The notes beneath the pieces are model-generated. The model was not told where the DNA came from. It searched no databases and worked only from the letters and a program-made list of their open reading frames with translations. DNA of 64,000 bases, from NCBI RefSeq assembly GCF_009914755.1, contig NC_060940.1, one strand, 5' to 3'. The translations under genes were made by a program, and so were the position numbers. Source of the stretch: the human T2T-CHM13v2.0 reference genome, Homo sapiens. Positions 27,218 through 42,155 of the stretch are shown in pieces (the stretch's first letter is position 1; every line of letters begins with the position of its first letter).

Positions 27218-28544
27218 GTCAGTGCTGGGCAGGGTGGGGAGAAGACACAGTGGGTGGAAGGGGATGGAAGGTGTTGGGAGGCGGGGAGGCTTCACAGGAA
27301 AAGTAGAGGCCAGAGGTTCAGGCCCAACCCTGCCTCCAATCTGCAATGCAGCCCTTAGCCAGTTCATGTGCAGGATGCAGGATGTGAGCTCCAACCACCT
27401 GGGTGCTCACGGTGGGGGATGAGCCAGGGAGGAGGAGGGGGTGGGACTCAGGACTCCTCCCCCACGCATCAGGCCAGTATCACTTTAAAATAACTTATAC
27501 ATAACAGTCACTCCTTCCACTTAGATATTTTCAGCATTTACTGAGTGCCAGGCATTGTTCTGGGCATGTATTTACATAAAACCTATTTTTGAAAAAGGAA
27601 AAAGGATCCAGTTCTAAAATGGAAAGTTTAAAAACTTCTAGTTTAGATTGTCTCCACGTGCTTTCTTTCTTTTTATAGAATTCCTCCGGCCTTGATACAT
27701 ATTTTTTTTCTTGTTTGGGCCTCAGAAATTTTAGGAGCATTGTAGGCCTTAGTTTGGATTTCCCAGGGAGCAGCCCTGGGATGAGGATTGGGGTGGAAGT
27801 GGTTTATTTGGGAGGTGGTTTATTTCCCTGGATACCTCCTAAGGCAGAGGGGGAGTGAAGCTGGGAAGGGAGGAGGCCAGCGAAGGTGGAATGTTCCCAT
27901 CGTGAGGAACTGGAGCCTCCTCCCATAGGGTTGCCGGGAGGCAGCGTGGGGCCACCCCCCAGCATCATCCCACCGGGGGAGCACAGTGATGTACTGTATC
28001 CTGCATTTCACTCGCCATGAGACGCAGCAGGGGCTGATCCTCCAGAGGAAGCCCTCAGGTGATTAGAGATCACCCTGGCACTCACGGCAAGGCCTGGATA
28101 CAGCCACGGGGCACCTGCAATACAGATTCCAGGCCTCTCCTGCCTGTAGCCCTCCTGAGAGTGGCCTCGGTATGCCCCACTTCTGGGACTTCTCCAGCAG
28201 AGATTTCTCCTTTATTAATAATTAATGATGATGATGGCATCCCCACCACAAATAGAATTGCATTTGACCTCACAACCATCCTCCCAAATATAAACAGAGC
28301 AGGGAGGTCATCATTTCCATTTTACAGACAAGGAAACTGAGGCTGGGGGGCAGGGCTGCCTTCCAGGGCATCCCAGCTTTACTTATGTATATAGTAGTTT
28401 GTTCAGTAACTCAAAGCTAGAAGGCCTGAGCCTAATTTTAGAAGCTCTCTGCACTTCAAGGTCTACCCCTCCTTAGGGATCCAAGACCCTCACATAGCCA
28501 CACCCCTCAGAGATTCCCACAGGCTGAGCATCCGCACCTGCCCC

Positions 28545-28802
28545 TGGGTGTGGGGGAACGGCAGCGGTGGGAGTGTCGGGCGAGGTGGGGATGAGTATGC
28601 GGGGGAGCGGCAGGGACGGGGTGTGGGGTGTAGGGGGATGGCGGGGATGGGGGTATGGGGGAACGGCGGGGATGGGGTTGCAGGGGAAGGGGGGCCAAAA
28701 GGATGGGGTTGCAGGGGAAGGGGGGGCCAAAGGGATGGGCATGCTGGGAGGGCGTGGAGGTGGGGTTGCAGGGGGCAGTGGGGATGGGGGCATGGGGGGC
28801 CG
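28545..28802 (+). repeat. G-run-rich low-complexity tract upstream of the last CDH5 exon
   Basis: More than 20 runs of GGG or longer; ggatggggttgcaggggaagggggg duplicated. Confidence 0.9.
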
Positions 28803-28852
28803 CCCAGGCCCCCAGCCTTGTCTGACTCTGCTGCTCGGCTCCCTGGCTGCAG

Positions 28853-29370
28853 TGATCACCCTGCTCATCTTCCTGCGGCGGCGGCTCCGGAAGCAGGCCC
28901 GCGCGCACGGCAAGAGCGTGCCGGAGATCCACGAGCAGCTGGTCACCTACGACGAGGAGGGCGGCGGCGAGATGGACACCACCAGCTACGATGTGTCGGT
29001 GCTCAACTCGGTGCGCCGCGGCGGGGCCAAGCCCCCGCGGCCCGCGCTGGACGCCCGGCCTTCCCTCTATGCGCAGGTGCAGAAGCCACCGAGGCACGCG
29101 CCTGGGGCACACGGAGGGCCCGGGGAGATGGCAGCCATGATCGAGGTGAAGAAGGACGAGGCGGACCACGACGGCGACGGCCCCCCCTACGACACGCTGC
29201 ACATCTACGGCTACGAGGGCTCCGAGTCCATAGCCGAGTCCCTCAGCTCCCTGGGCACCGACTCATCCGACTCTGACGTGGATTACGACTTCCTTAACGA
29301 CTGGGGACCCAGGTTTAAGATGCTGGCTGAGCTGTACGGCTCGGACCCCCGGGAGGAGCTGCTGTATTAG
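28853..29370 (+). CDS. CDH5: VE-cadherin exon 12 coding part: end of TM helix and cytoplasmic tail (p120 core YDEEGGGEMD; Y658, S665, Y685; beta-catenin-binding region)
   Basis: ctgcag/TG; ...LIFLRRRLRKQ...WGPRFKMLAELYGSDPREELLY TAG; 518 nt; exon lengths sum to 2355 nt = 784 aa + stop; CpG-rich exon. Confidence 0.99.
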
Positions 29371-30987
29371 GCGGCCGAGGTCACTCTGGGCCTGGGGACC
29401 CAAACCCCCTGCAGCCCAGGCCAGTCAGTCGCCAGGCACCACAGCCTCCAAAAATGGCAGTGACTCCCCAGCCCAGCACCCCTTCCTCGTGGGTCCCAGA
29501 GACCTCATCAGCCTTGGGATAGCAAACTCCAGGTTCCTGAAATATCCAGGAATATATGTCAGTGATGACTATTCTCAAATGCTGGCAAATCCAGGCTGGT
29601 GTTCTGTCTGGGCTCAGACATCCACATAACCCTGTCACCCACAGACCGCCGTCTAACTCAAAGACTTCCTCTGGCTCCCCAAGGCTGCAAAGCAAAACAG
29701 ACTGTGTTTAACTGCTGCAGGGTCTTTTTCTAGGGTCCCTGAACGCCCTGGTAAGGCTGGTGAGGTCCTGGTGCCTATCTGCCTGGAGGCAAAGGCCTGG
29801 ACAGCTTGACTTGTGGGGCAGGATTCTCTGCAGCCCATTCCCAAGGGAGACTGACCATCATGCCCTCTCTCGGGAGCCCTAGCCCTGCTCCAACTCCATA
29901 CTCCACTCCAAGTGCCCCACCACTCCCCAACCCCTCTCCAGGCCTGTCAAGAGGGAGGAAGGGGCCCCATGGCAGCTCCTGACCTTGGGTCCTGAAGTGA
30001 CCTCACTGGCCTGCCATGCCAGTAACTGTGCTGTACTGAGCACTGAACCACATTCAGGGAAATGGCTTATTAAACTTTGAAGCAACTGTGAATTCATTCT
30101 GGAGGGGCAGTGGAGATCAGGAGTGACAGATCACAGGGTGAGGGCCACCTCCACACCCACCCCCTCTGGAGAAGGCCTGGAAGAGCTGAGACCTTGCTTT
30201 GAGACTCCTCAGCACCCCTCCAGTTTTGCCTGAGAAGGGGCAGATGTTCCCGGAGCAGAAGACGTCTCCCCTTCTCTGCCTCACCTGGTCGCCAATCCAT
30301 GCTCTCTTTCTTTTCTCTGTCTACTCCTTATCCCTTGGTTTAGAGGAACCCAAGATGTGGCCTTTAGCAAAACTGGACAATGTCCAAACCCACTCATGAC
30401 TGCATGACGGAGCCGAGCCATGTGTCTTTACACCTCGCTGTTGTCACATCTCAGGGAACTGACCCTCAGGCACACCTTGCAGAAGGCAAGGCCCTGCCCT
30501 GCCCAACCTCTGTGGTCACCCATGCATCTTCCACTGGAACGTTTCACTGCAAACACACCTTGGAGAAGTGGCATCAGTCAACAGAGAGGGGCAGGGAAGG
30601 AGACACCAAGCTCACCCTTCGTCATGGACCGAGGTTCCCACTCTGGGCAAAGCCCCTCACACTGCAAGGGATTGTAGATAACACTGACTTGTTTGTTTTA
30701 ACCAATAACTAGCTTCTTATAATGATTTTTTTACTAATGATACTTACAAGTTTCTAGCTCTCACAGACATATAGAATAAGGGTTTTTGCATAATAAGCAG
30801 GTTGTTATTTAGGTTAACAATATTAATTCAGGTTTTTTAGTTGGAAAAACAATTCCTGTAACCTTCTATTTTCTATAATTGTAGTAATTGCTCTACAGAT
30901 AATGTCTATATATTGGCCAAACTGGTGCATGACAAGTACTGTATTTTTTTATACCTAAATAAAGAAAAATCTTTAGCCTGGGCAACA
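29371..30987 (+). other. CDH5: CDH5 3' UTR (end approximate)
   Basis: Follows the stop codon; U-rich distal part; AATAAA at 30958-30963; a CA dinucleotide ~23 nt downstream. Confidence 0.85.
30958..30963 (+). terminator. CDH5: CDH5 polyadenylation signal AATAAA
   Basis: Canonical hexamer preceded by TGTA and a T-rich upstream element. Confidence 0.85.
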
Positions 30988-31185
30988 TAGGGAGACCCTA
31001 TCTCTACCAAAAAAAAATTAATTAGCCAGGCATGGTGGCAGGCACCTGTGGTCCCAGCTACTTGGGAGGCTGAGATAGGAGAATCACTTCAGCCTGGGAG
31101 ATCAAGGCTGCAGTGAGCTCTGAACGCACCACTACACTCCAGCCTGGGTGACAGAGTGAGATCCTGTCTCAAAAAAAGAGAAAGA
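30975..31185 (+). mobile_element. 5'-truncated AluJ-like element at the CDH5 3' end
   Basis: agcctgggcaacatagggagaccc...gtctcaaaaaaag. Confidence 0.88.
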
Positions 31186-31228
31186 AAACCTTTGAGATTC
31201 TTCCATTTTTAGAGCTGAGAGAGCACTT

Positions 31229-31340
31229 GTGAAACACACACACATGCACAAACATATAAACATGCATACAGGCATGCACATGCACACACAAATACACATA
31301 CACACACACAAGCACACACACACCACCACCACCATCATCA
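31229..31340 (+). repeat. Imperfect (CA)n / (CAC)n microsatellite
   Basis: Seen directly in the sequence. Confidence 0.9.
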
Positions 31341-31809
31341 GAGGAACTTACAGAAAAGGGGACATTTATAGATTCCTAGGAATATGCCAAAGCTTTTCAA
31401 AGCCTCTATGGACAGCTCATTCCTTAACTTTTCCTTTTAAAATCTTTTTTAGCTTCTTATTTGCCCCAGCCACTATCACTGCCTCAGGCAGCTGCAACGT
31501 TAAACAATTGCCACTGATTACTTTCAACAAATAACCTCAGAGAAAAGGCTGTGTGTATTGAATGGGTATCAAGTCAGGTCAAAAGAACACAGCCTTGCAA
31601 GTGGAGTTTCTTCCAGGGAACTACCAGACAAGTTGAATAATGACAGTTATCTGGGAATTGGACTTTGCAGAAGCTCCAACCCTGTTCTGATCTGTTTGTC
31701 TCTAGACTGCTGGTTTTCACCATGATTATGAATCCACTGGGTTTCAAGGCTACCACAGGTCTCGGGAGAAGGGGATGGGACTAGGGCAAGTTAAAATGCC
31801 ATCAAGCTC

Positions 31810-31948
31810 TGCCAGGTGTGGTGGCTCATGCCTGTAATCCCAACACTTTAGGAGGCTGAGGAGGGAGGATTGCTTGAATATAGGAGTTTGAGACCAGCCT
31901 GGGCAACATAGTGAGACCCAGTCTCTATTAAAAAAAAAAAAAAAGGAC
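31810..31948 (+). mobile_element. FLAM-type Alu monomer with 15-bp TSD
   Basis: TSD AATGCCATCAAGCTC at 31795-31809 and 31949-31963. Confidence 0.9.
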
Positions 31949-32833
31949 AATGCCATCAAGCTCACTGTTCTTACCAATATTTAGCTGTTTTAAAAAAAAA
32001 TAGGTACACCCTGGATTATTGCAAGTTTTTAATTAGTTTTCAGAGTTCTGAAAAAGTTGGTTTTGACAATTTTGGCCAGTATTCTCATTGCTTTTCTCGG
32101 GGAGAAGTGCTCCTTACTCAGCCATTCCTGCCAATGCCACCCCTTCCAGCTGGTTTTTAAGCTGTTTTCCCACCTGTCTGAAGTACCTGCTCCCTGAACT
32201 CACGGTTGTTCAATCCCTGGAGCCCATGAGATCTGTTCACTACTTCCTTCTCCAAGAAGCCTCCCCATCCCCAAGACACCTCCAGATGAGACAATCTCTG
32301 TCGCTCCAACCTTCAAGAGGGCCTGGCTCTGAGCTCTTGGCCACCCTGGTCACCTCCTCTGCTTGGAACCTGTTTACCCTAAGGTAGGAAGAGTGATCTT
32401 CATAGTGGAGGAGGGCCTGCCTCTGAATTTGTACATTTTATGGTACCCCAAACCCAGTGGCCTGGAATCTTCTGACCACACTGCACATGCCTGCTCCAGC
32501 CAACCCTGGGTCCCAAGCCTACCGAAAGTGGGCAAGGGGAGCAGAGGCTCAGAGCCCTTCCCCTCCCCCAGGCCAAACCTGTGAAGCCAGCATGACCTTC
32601 CTCATTTCACAGATGTCCAAGGTGGGACCCAGATGGGGATGAGATGTGGCCAGAGCCACACAGGCAAGTTAGGGACAGAGTTGGGCCTAGACACTCTCCC
32701 ATTCCCCTAGACCACCCTCAACCGTTGCCTCCTGGGTCCCAGGACAATGCGAATCTACAGACTTCCCAGACCTGGGGGGCTAGAGGCTGAACCAAGGAGC
32801 ATCGTCCGCGGCTGTTGGGTTGGTAATGGGAAA

Positions 32834-32852
32834 TGACCACTAGGGGGCGCGC
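32834..32852 (+). promoter_or_regulatory. CTCF motif within a small CpG-rich island (~32800-33350)
   Basis: TGACCACTAGGGGGCGCGC closely matches the CTCF core CCASYAGRKGGCRS; locally high CpG density. Confidence 0.8.
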
Positions 32853-33981
32853 TGTGTCAATAAATGCTCAGCCAGGGCCGGTGTCTGCGAGCTCCGCGGC
32901 CGGGCATCCTGGCAATCAATGGACCGCAGGTTCTGGGGGTTCTGGACCTTGACAGAGAACCTGGTCTGGCCCTACAACCTGCCTGGGCTCTCGCTACGCT
33001 CCTCCGTCGCACCAGGCTCTGATGGGGTAGAGAGAGCCAGGGACCTAGTCCCCCACCTTCCCGAAGGAACGGGGTACCCGCTGTCTCCAGCAGCCCAGCC
33101 AGCACCAAGAATCTCGGCTCTCCGAGAGCGGCTGACCTTGGCCGCCGGATCTTTGGATTTGTGAGGGTCACAGTGCACCACACCATCCCTCCCTGCACCG
33201 GGTGGCCCTGCCGCAGTGTCCACGCCTCGTCCTCCTGCTCGGCTCCGCCCTATTTTCGCCAAGCCAATCCTGGAAGGTTGACTCTGGGCCAGGAACGGAG
33301 CTGCAGTCCCTGAGCGCCCTGGTTTCAAGGCGCCTCCCAGGTCAAGAATCCTTCGAATAAATCCTACTGTCTTCAAGGTGACTGGTAGAGTCTCTGATGT
33401 TCACAATCAAAACCTCAGACCACCCAGCAATCCCCCTTCTAGGGATTGCTAAGGACCTCCTAGGGACCTAAGATGCACTGGGTGTATCTGCCTCAGTAAA
33501 TTCAGTGTTACTTACAAGCAAAAGATTCGAAACAATGTAAATGTCCAACAATAAGAGATTGGTTAGGTAAATTATGGCAAATCCACAAAACACTACCGGG
33601 CAACCATTAAAAGTCATGTTGGGACGTGGTGATCTTGAGCTAAATTCAAGGTCAAGGCTAAAAAGCAAAACCCAATGAATTATTTACAGTCAGATCTCAA
33701 TTTTTTCTAGTAGATATCCATCTTCAGGTTATGAAATTATGAAAAATTTTTATTTTCTTCTCTATTCTGTGTTTTCCAAATTTCCTATAAGTAGTATATA
33801 TTATTTTTATAATCAGAAAAAAAAAGTTATCTTAATGTTGATTTCTAAGCACTTTTTTGTCACTGGAAAACAGTGAATTGATAAGCAAAATTTATCCCCA
33901 AATATCATTTTTTAACACTAAAACTTTCTGTTTTTTTAAAAAGTTGAGTTCACTATTAATGCAACAGACTTTTAAGAATTA

Positions 33982-34190
<209 letters not shown>

Positions 34191-35885
34191 ATTAACTGAA
34201 TTGTTTTTGAAGTCATCACCCTTGAATCCAGAAAATCTGTTGTTAAAGGGTTGATTAATTTTGTCTGTTTGCTTACTTCTGAAAGCATTTCTTTGAATTT
34301 CATCGGTGGGAGTCTAATCCTGTTAACCTTTGAAGTTAACAGCAAATTTCCAGCCACTTTCTGGATCAGAGCAGTTACAGTCTATGATATGAGGGAAACC
34401 CGGTTTTTCAGCCAAGTGACTTCCATAGGATTCTGCAGTGCATAGAAATATCCACCATTCCTCTTCCTCAAAGATAAGAGAAACAGCTGGGGCCTATTTC
34501 TCTCAGCCCATCCAGAGGTTATTTGGGATGTTTAGGAAATCTGTGTATCCCCCAACACTTAAGGAGACTTCACAAAACTTTGCAATGTGGTCTTGTAGCC
34601 TAGGGCATAGAAAGCACAGTTATCTTATAATATTCCTGTATAATGGTTGCCAAGGGGATGTTTAATGTTGTTACGCAGGAAGCTGTGCTGAACAAGAGTC
34701 TTTTGTTTTCAGATCAGACTCTGGGCAGGAAGTGAATCTTCACAGGGAAGGAAGCAACAAAACTCTGCCTTTGGCTTTTGCTGGCTGAGCAGGGAAAGAC
34801 CTATAGACACAGGGCATTGGGCAGGAGCTAGAACAGCCCTCCCTAGAGCACTACATAAAGCAGCCAATATTTTGCAAAGCATAGGGAAGAGTGAAAGTCA
34901 TCCGGGGCATTTGCAGACACAGCACTAAGAACTTGGTGACAACAGCCCTGAAGCAAAACAGCAGCATGTACTGGGCAGGGCTTGGGAGATAAGACAGGAC
35001 ATCTGAAGCTAAACATGGTGAGTCCATTTCCTGGGCTTTCTGGAGCTATGCAGGGTGATAGGCTCATCCTGGCTTGCCCAGGACTCTCGTCGTTTTAGTA
35101 CTAAAAGTCCTGTGTCCTGGAAACTCCTCAGTCCCAGGCCAGGTGGTTCAGAGTCAGCAGTCCTGGATGAGTCAGTGCTCTCCTACAAGCAGAGTTAGTT
35201 TCTTAACCTCCCTGAGTCACAATTTTCTCATTTGTAAATAAAATAAGGTAATATACTGCCTACTCTAAGTTTTTGTGAAAGTCAAAAGAAATAAGTCTTG
35301 AAAAGGTAATAGAACCAAATTTGGCACATAGTAATTATTCAATGTTAACAGGAAGGAGGGAAGGGAAGGAGGAAGAAAATGTTAAAAGATCGTTTTTTAA
35401 GGTAAAAATCATAACTCTTTACTCATATAAAATGAATATGTATCAAAGGTTTTATTTAACTCGTTAGTTTATGATAGAACCTGTCCAATGTTACAACCCA
35501 CTGAAAGGAGTATTCAGAGAATCCCACAATAAAGCCAATAAGGAATGCTGAAATCAACTTACATACAGAAATAAAACTGGTCTATCCGCAGGGTAAAGAT
35601 AGACTGCATTCCATTGGACATAATCATTTGTACTCCCATGGGCAAGAATAATTTGCATTAATCTAAGTTTTCTTCAACTTACAGAGTTGTAAAATAGCTC
35701 AAAGACGATGAAAGGCAATAACCTGGAAAAGTGTACCGGACAAAAAACCCAGTAATTTTTTTTTTTTCCTATTTGAAAGTCTTTCATAATCTTTCCTAAC
35801 AGAAGAAAAGAAAGAAGGAAGGAAGGGAGGGAGGGAGGGAGGAAGGGAAGGAGGGAGGGAAAGAAGTGTGGGTCTAATAGGGTTT

Positions 35886-36271
35886 GGATATGGTTTGGCT
35901 CTGTGTCCCCACCCAAATCTCATGTTGAATTGTAATTCCCAGTGTTGGGGGAGGGACCTGATAGGAGGCGACTGGATCATGGAGGTGGATTTCCCCCTTG
36001 CTATTCTCATGATAGTGAGTGAGTTCTCAGGAGATCTGGTTGTTTAAATGTGTGTAGCACTTCCCCCTTCACTCTTGCTCTCCCGCTCTGCCATGTGAAG
36101 AAGGTGCTTGCTTCCACTTCACCCTTCCGCCATGATTGTAAGCTTCCTGTGGCCTCCCCAGCCATGCTTCCTGCACAGCCTGCGGAACTGTGAGGCAACT
36201 AAACCTCTTTTCTTCAAAAATTACCCAGCATCAAGTAGTTATTTATAGCAGTGTGAGAACGGACTAATACA
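35886..36271 (+). mobile_element. MSTA-like MaLR LTR
   Basis: gatatggtttggctctgtgtccccacccaaatctcatg...ggactaataca. Confidence 0.85.
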
Positions 36272-36363
36272 GGGTCTTTAGTGAGAAGTTTATACTGGAA
36301 CTAAATGAATCATATGTACGGTGGGTTTATGTAAGAATGGCTAAATGGCTAAATGCAGCAGGG

Positions 36364-36857
36364 TGTATTCCTTATCCACTGCTCTGTAACAAATTTCACA
36401 GCTTAGAAAAATATGCATTTATCACTTCATAGTTTCTGTGGGCTGGGCGTCCAGGAATAACATTGCTGGGTTCTCTGCTTCAGGATCCCCTCTGAAAGCT
36501 ACAATCAAAGTGTCATCCACAAAATCTTATCTCAAGCCTTGACTAGAGAAGGACCCACTTCCAAGACCACAGAGTTGAATGAATTCAGTCCTTGCAGCCC
36601 GTTGAACTGAGGGCCTCCCCAACATGCTCACCTGCTTCATCAAAGCCTGCGAGAGAGAGAGTCCACTAGCAAGAGGACATTGCAGTCTTATCTAATGCAA
36701 TCACTGAAGTGACATCCTGTCACCTTGGTCACCTTTTCTATTCTATTCATTATAAATGAGTCCCAAGTCCTGCCACACTCAAGTGGAGGGGATTACACAG
36801 GGCTGGAGTACCAGCGGTGGGGATAATTTGGGGTCATCTTAGAGTTCTTCCATCACA
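36364..36857. mobile_element. MLT1-type MaLR LTR
   Basis: catagtttctgtgggc...ggggtcatcttagagt...catcaca. Confidence 0.55.
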
Positions 36858-37619
36858 CGGGAATTCTCAGCTCACCAAATCTGGGATTCCGCATCTGGCC
36901 ATTCCTTAAGCTGAAGGCCTGGCATATTTTTGAGTGTCCATTTGGATCAGCTAATAAACCCAGGGTTTGTCTACTGGCTGGAGGAGTAAGAACTATAAGG
37001 CTAATTGAAATGAATCTACTTAAAATAGTGACCTGATTTTTCTAATAATTACTGGAAGGTAAGGGTTGATTGAGACTTTAAAATAAAACCAAAAATTATT
37101 CTAAATTTTTCATATTTTATATAAGAAAGTTTTGATTTTTACTGCAACCATTTTCTAACTCTTAAAATAAAGAAAGGATAATTCAAGTGTTGATATTTTC
37201 CCAACATAAATATACAGGAACATAATGTAGCTTACTTGTATTTTATCTTTGATTTACACAAGAGAATTTTTATACAAATATTCCAGGCTCATTAGTTTTC
37301 CCAAAGGCTTCTCATAATCCTTTGATATTTAAATCATTCCCTCTTTCAAGTCATTTTTTATCTGCCTTGTCGATACTCTTTTTGTTAATTTGCCCAACTC
37401 ATCTGGATCTTCCTTTGTCACTGGCTCTGTAAATTTGAGTATTTCTCCAATAATGCTCCTGTCAACTTTATGAAACCCTTTGTCTTTTGCAAGATTTAAA
37501 AATTCCCTTTATAATAAGCATTCTACAGTAAGTGAAGACTCACTAGCAAATATATGAGTGATGGATCAAGAGAGACAAAGTGTTAAAAATTGACAGATGC
37601 AACTTTTAAAAATGAAATT

Positions 37620-40340
<2,721 letters not shown>

Positions 40341-40476
40341 TGAAAGTCATCAACAAAATTTGAAAATAATGAAAAAAATTTGATCAGGGTCTGTCTCATT
40401 TTATAAGGGATCAATTTATTGGTCACTTTATTGATGTACAAGGTTCAGGGGCACTCTGTTACTTATTCATTTATTC

Positions 40477-40778
40477 TTTTTTTTTTTTTTTTTTTTGAGA
40501 CAGAGTCTCACTCCATCACCCAGGCTGGAGTGCAGTAGCGTGATCTTGGCTCATTGCAGCCTCTACCTCCCAGGTTCAAGGGATTCTTGCGCCTCAGCCT
40601 CCTGAGTAGCTGGAATTACAGGCATGCACCACCATGACTGGCTAATTTTTATATTTTTAATAGAGACGGGGTTTCACCATGTTTGGCCAGGCTAGTCTCG
40701 AACTCCTGGCCTCAAGTGATCCACCTGCCTTGGTCTCCCAAAGTGCTGGGATTACAGGCATGAGCCACCACACCTGGT
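40477..40778 (-). mobile_element. AluS
   Basis: Reverse Alu consensus. Confidence 0.93.
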
Positions 40779-41814
40779 CTCATTCATTCTTTGTTTCTAA
40801 AATACCTGTTGAACAATGCACTAATGAAATTCCCTTGATTCTGTTCCTAACAGCTCTAGAAGCCCTCTCCGTCTCTACTGTTCCAACCTTAGTTTGAACA
40901 TTCACTCTGCTATGGTATTCCCACAACTTTTCAGTTGGTTTTCTTATTTCTAGCCTCAATCCCCCCACCCCCAGGCCTTTTCCTGAAGCTACTGAAATGA
41001 TTTTTCTAAAGCATAAATAAGATCTTACTCTCCCTTGCTCAAAACTCAACAGAACTTTTCATATCTTCAGTGGCTCTCCATTGACAATCAATGGAACCCA
41101 AACTCTTTAGCCTGGTACCCAAGGCCCTACATGATATAGCTTCTCCTTGACTTCTTAATCTCTTTATTTTTGTAGCCACCCTCATGCCATACATTCTAGT
41201 CAGACTGAGTTATTAGCCTTTACTCAGACATATGGTAGAGTGTGTTATTGGTCAAAATATTCACTGCCCTTCTCTGTGGGAGGATTGGTATCCCTGATGC
41301 ACTGACGTCAAGCTTGGCCATGTGACTCATCCTGTCAAATAAAATGTAAGTGGAAGAGACTTATGCCACCCCAGAGCAGAAACTTTAAGAACCAATGTAT
41401 GGTTCTACTATCTCTCTTCTCTCTGCCACCAGCAATGAACATATAACATGAGCTAAAAATAAACCTTCATTGTCATAAGCTACCAATATTTGGGGTTTGT
41501 TTGTCACCACAACATAACTTAGCCTAAGCTGACTGAAACACTCTTAGGTTGAGAGCGCCCCAATTATTCACTTTGTAGTCTCTGTGCATAGTATAGACAC
41601 TTAACTGCATAACTGGCATTCACTACCTACTTGTTGAATAAATGAATACAATGAGTGAGTGAATAAACAAGTGACCAATGAATGAACAAGTGATCTGGGC
41701 CTTTACACATGCTATTCTCCCTGTAAAGAGTGGCCATCCCTGCTTCTTCACTTGCCCAACTCTTTCTCAAGTCAAACCTCGAAGATCTCCTCTAAGAAGA
41801 CTTCCCTGCCCATC

Positions 41815-42155
41815 TGTCTTAGGCCTTTTGTGCTGCTATAACAAAACATAGACTGGGTAACTTATAAACAACAGAAATGTATTCCTCACAGTTCTGGAGG
41901 CTGGGAAATACAAGATCAAGGCACAGCATTCAGTGTCTGGTGAGGGCCTCCTTGCTGCATCCTCACATGGCAGAAAGCAAAAATGCAAAAAGGGCCTAAG
42001 CTGGTTCCTTCCAGTCCTTCAATAAAGCACTAATTCATTCATAAGGGCGGAGCTCTTTTGAGTTAATCACTTTCCAGAAGGCCTACCTCTTAATGCCACA
42101 ACAATGGGGATTAAGTTCCAACAAATGAATTTGGGGAGACATTTAGACCATAGTA
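41815..42155 (-). mobile_element. MaLR LTR (MSTD/MLT1A-like)
   Basis: tgtcttagg...tgctgctataacaaaacatagactgggtaacttataaacaacagaaa...agaccatagta. Confidence 0.75.

Larger units (their letters stand above)
34727..37105 (+). ncRNA. LINC00920: Probable two-exon lncRNA LINC00920 (exon 1 ~34727-35017; exon 2 ~36484-37105)
   Basis: Position between CDH5 and BEAN1 matches recalled annotation; ETS motifs near the 5' end; strong donor ATG/gtgagt at 35017/35018; acceptor ttctctgcttcag ending 36483; AATAAA 37082-37087. Ends are inferred. Confidence 0.6.

Noticed and set aside
26701-27306. 201-aa ORF extending exon 11 on both sides
   Set aside because: Explained by exon 11 plus chance open intronic flanks; canonical splice sites bound the cadherin-like part
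28473-29276. Antisense and alternative-frame ORFs over exon 12
   Set aside because: Shadow ORFs of a GC-rich coding exon
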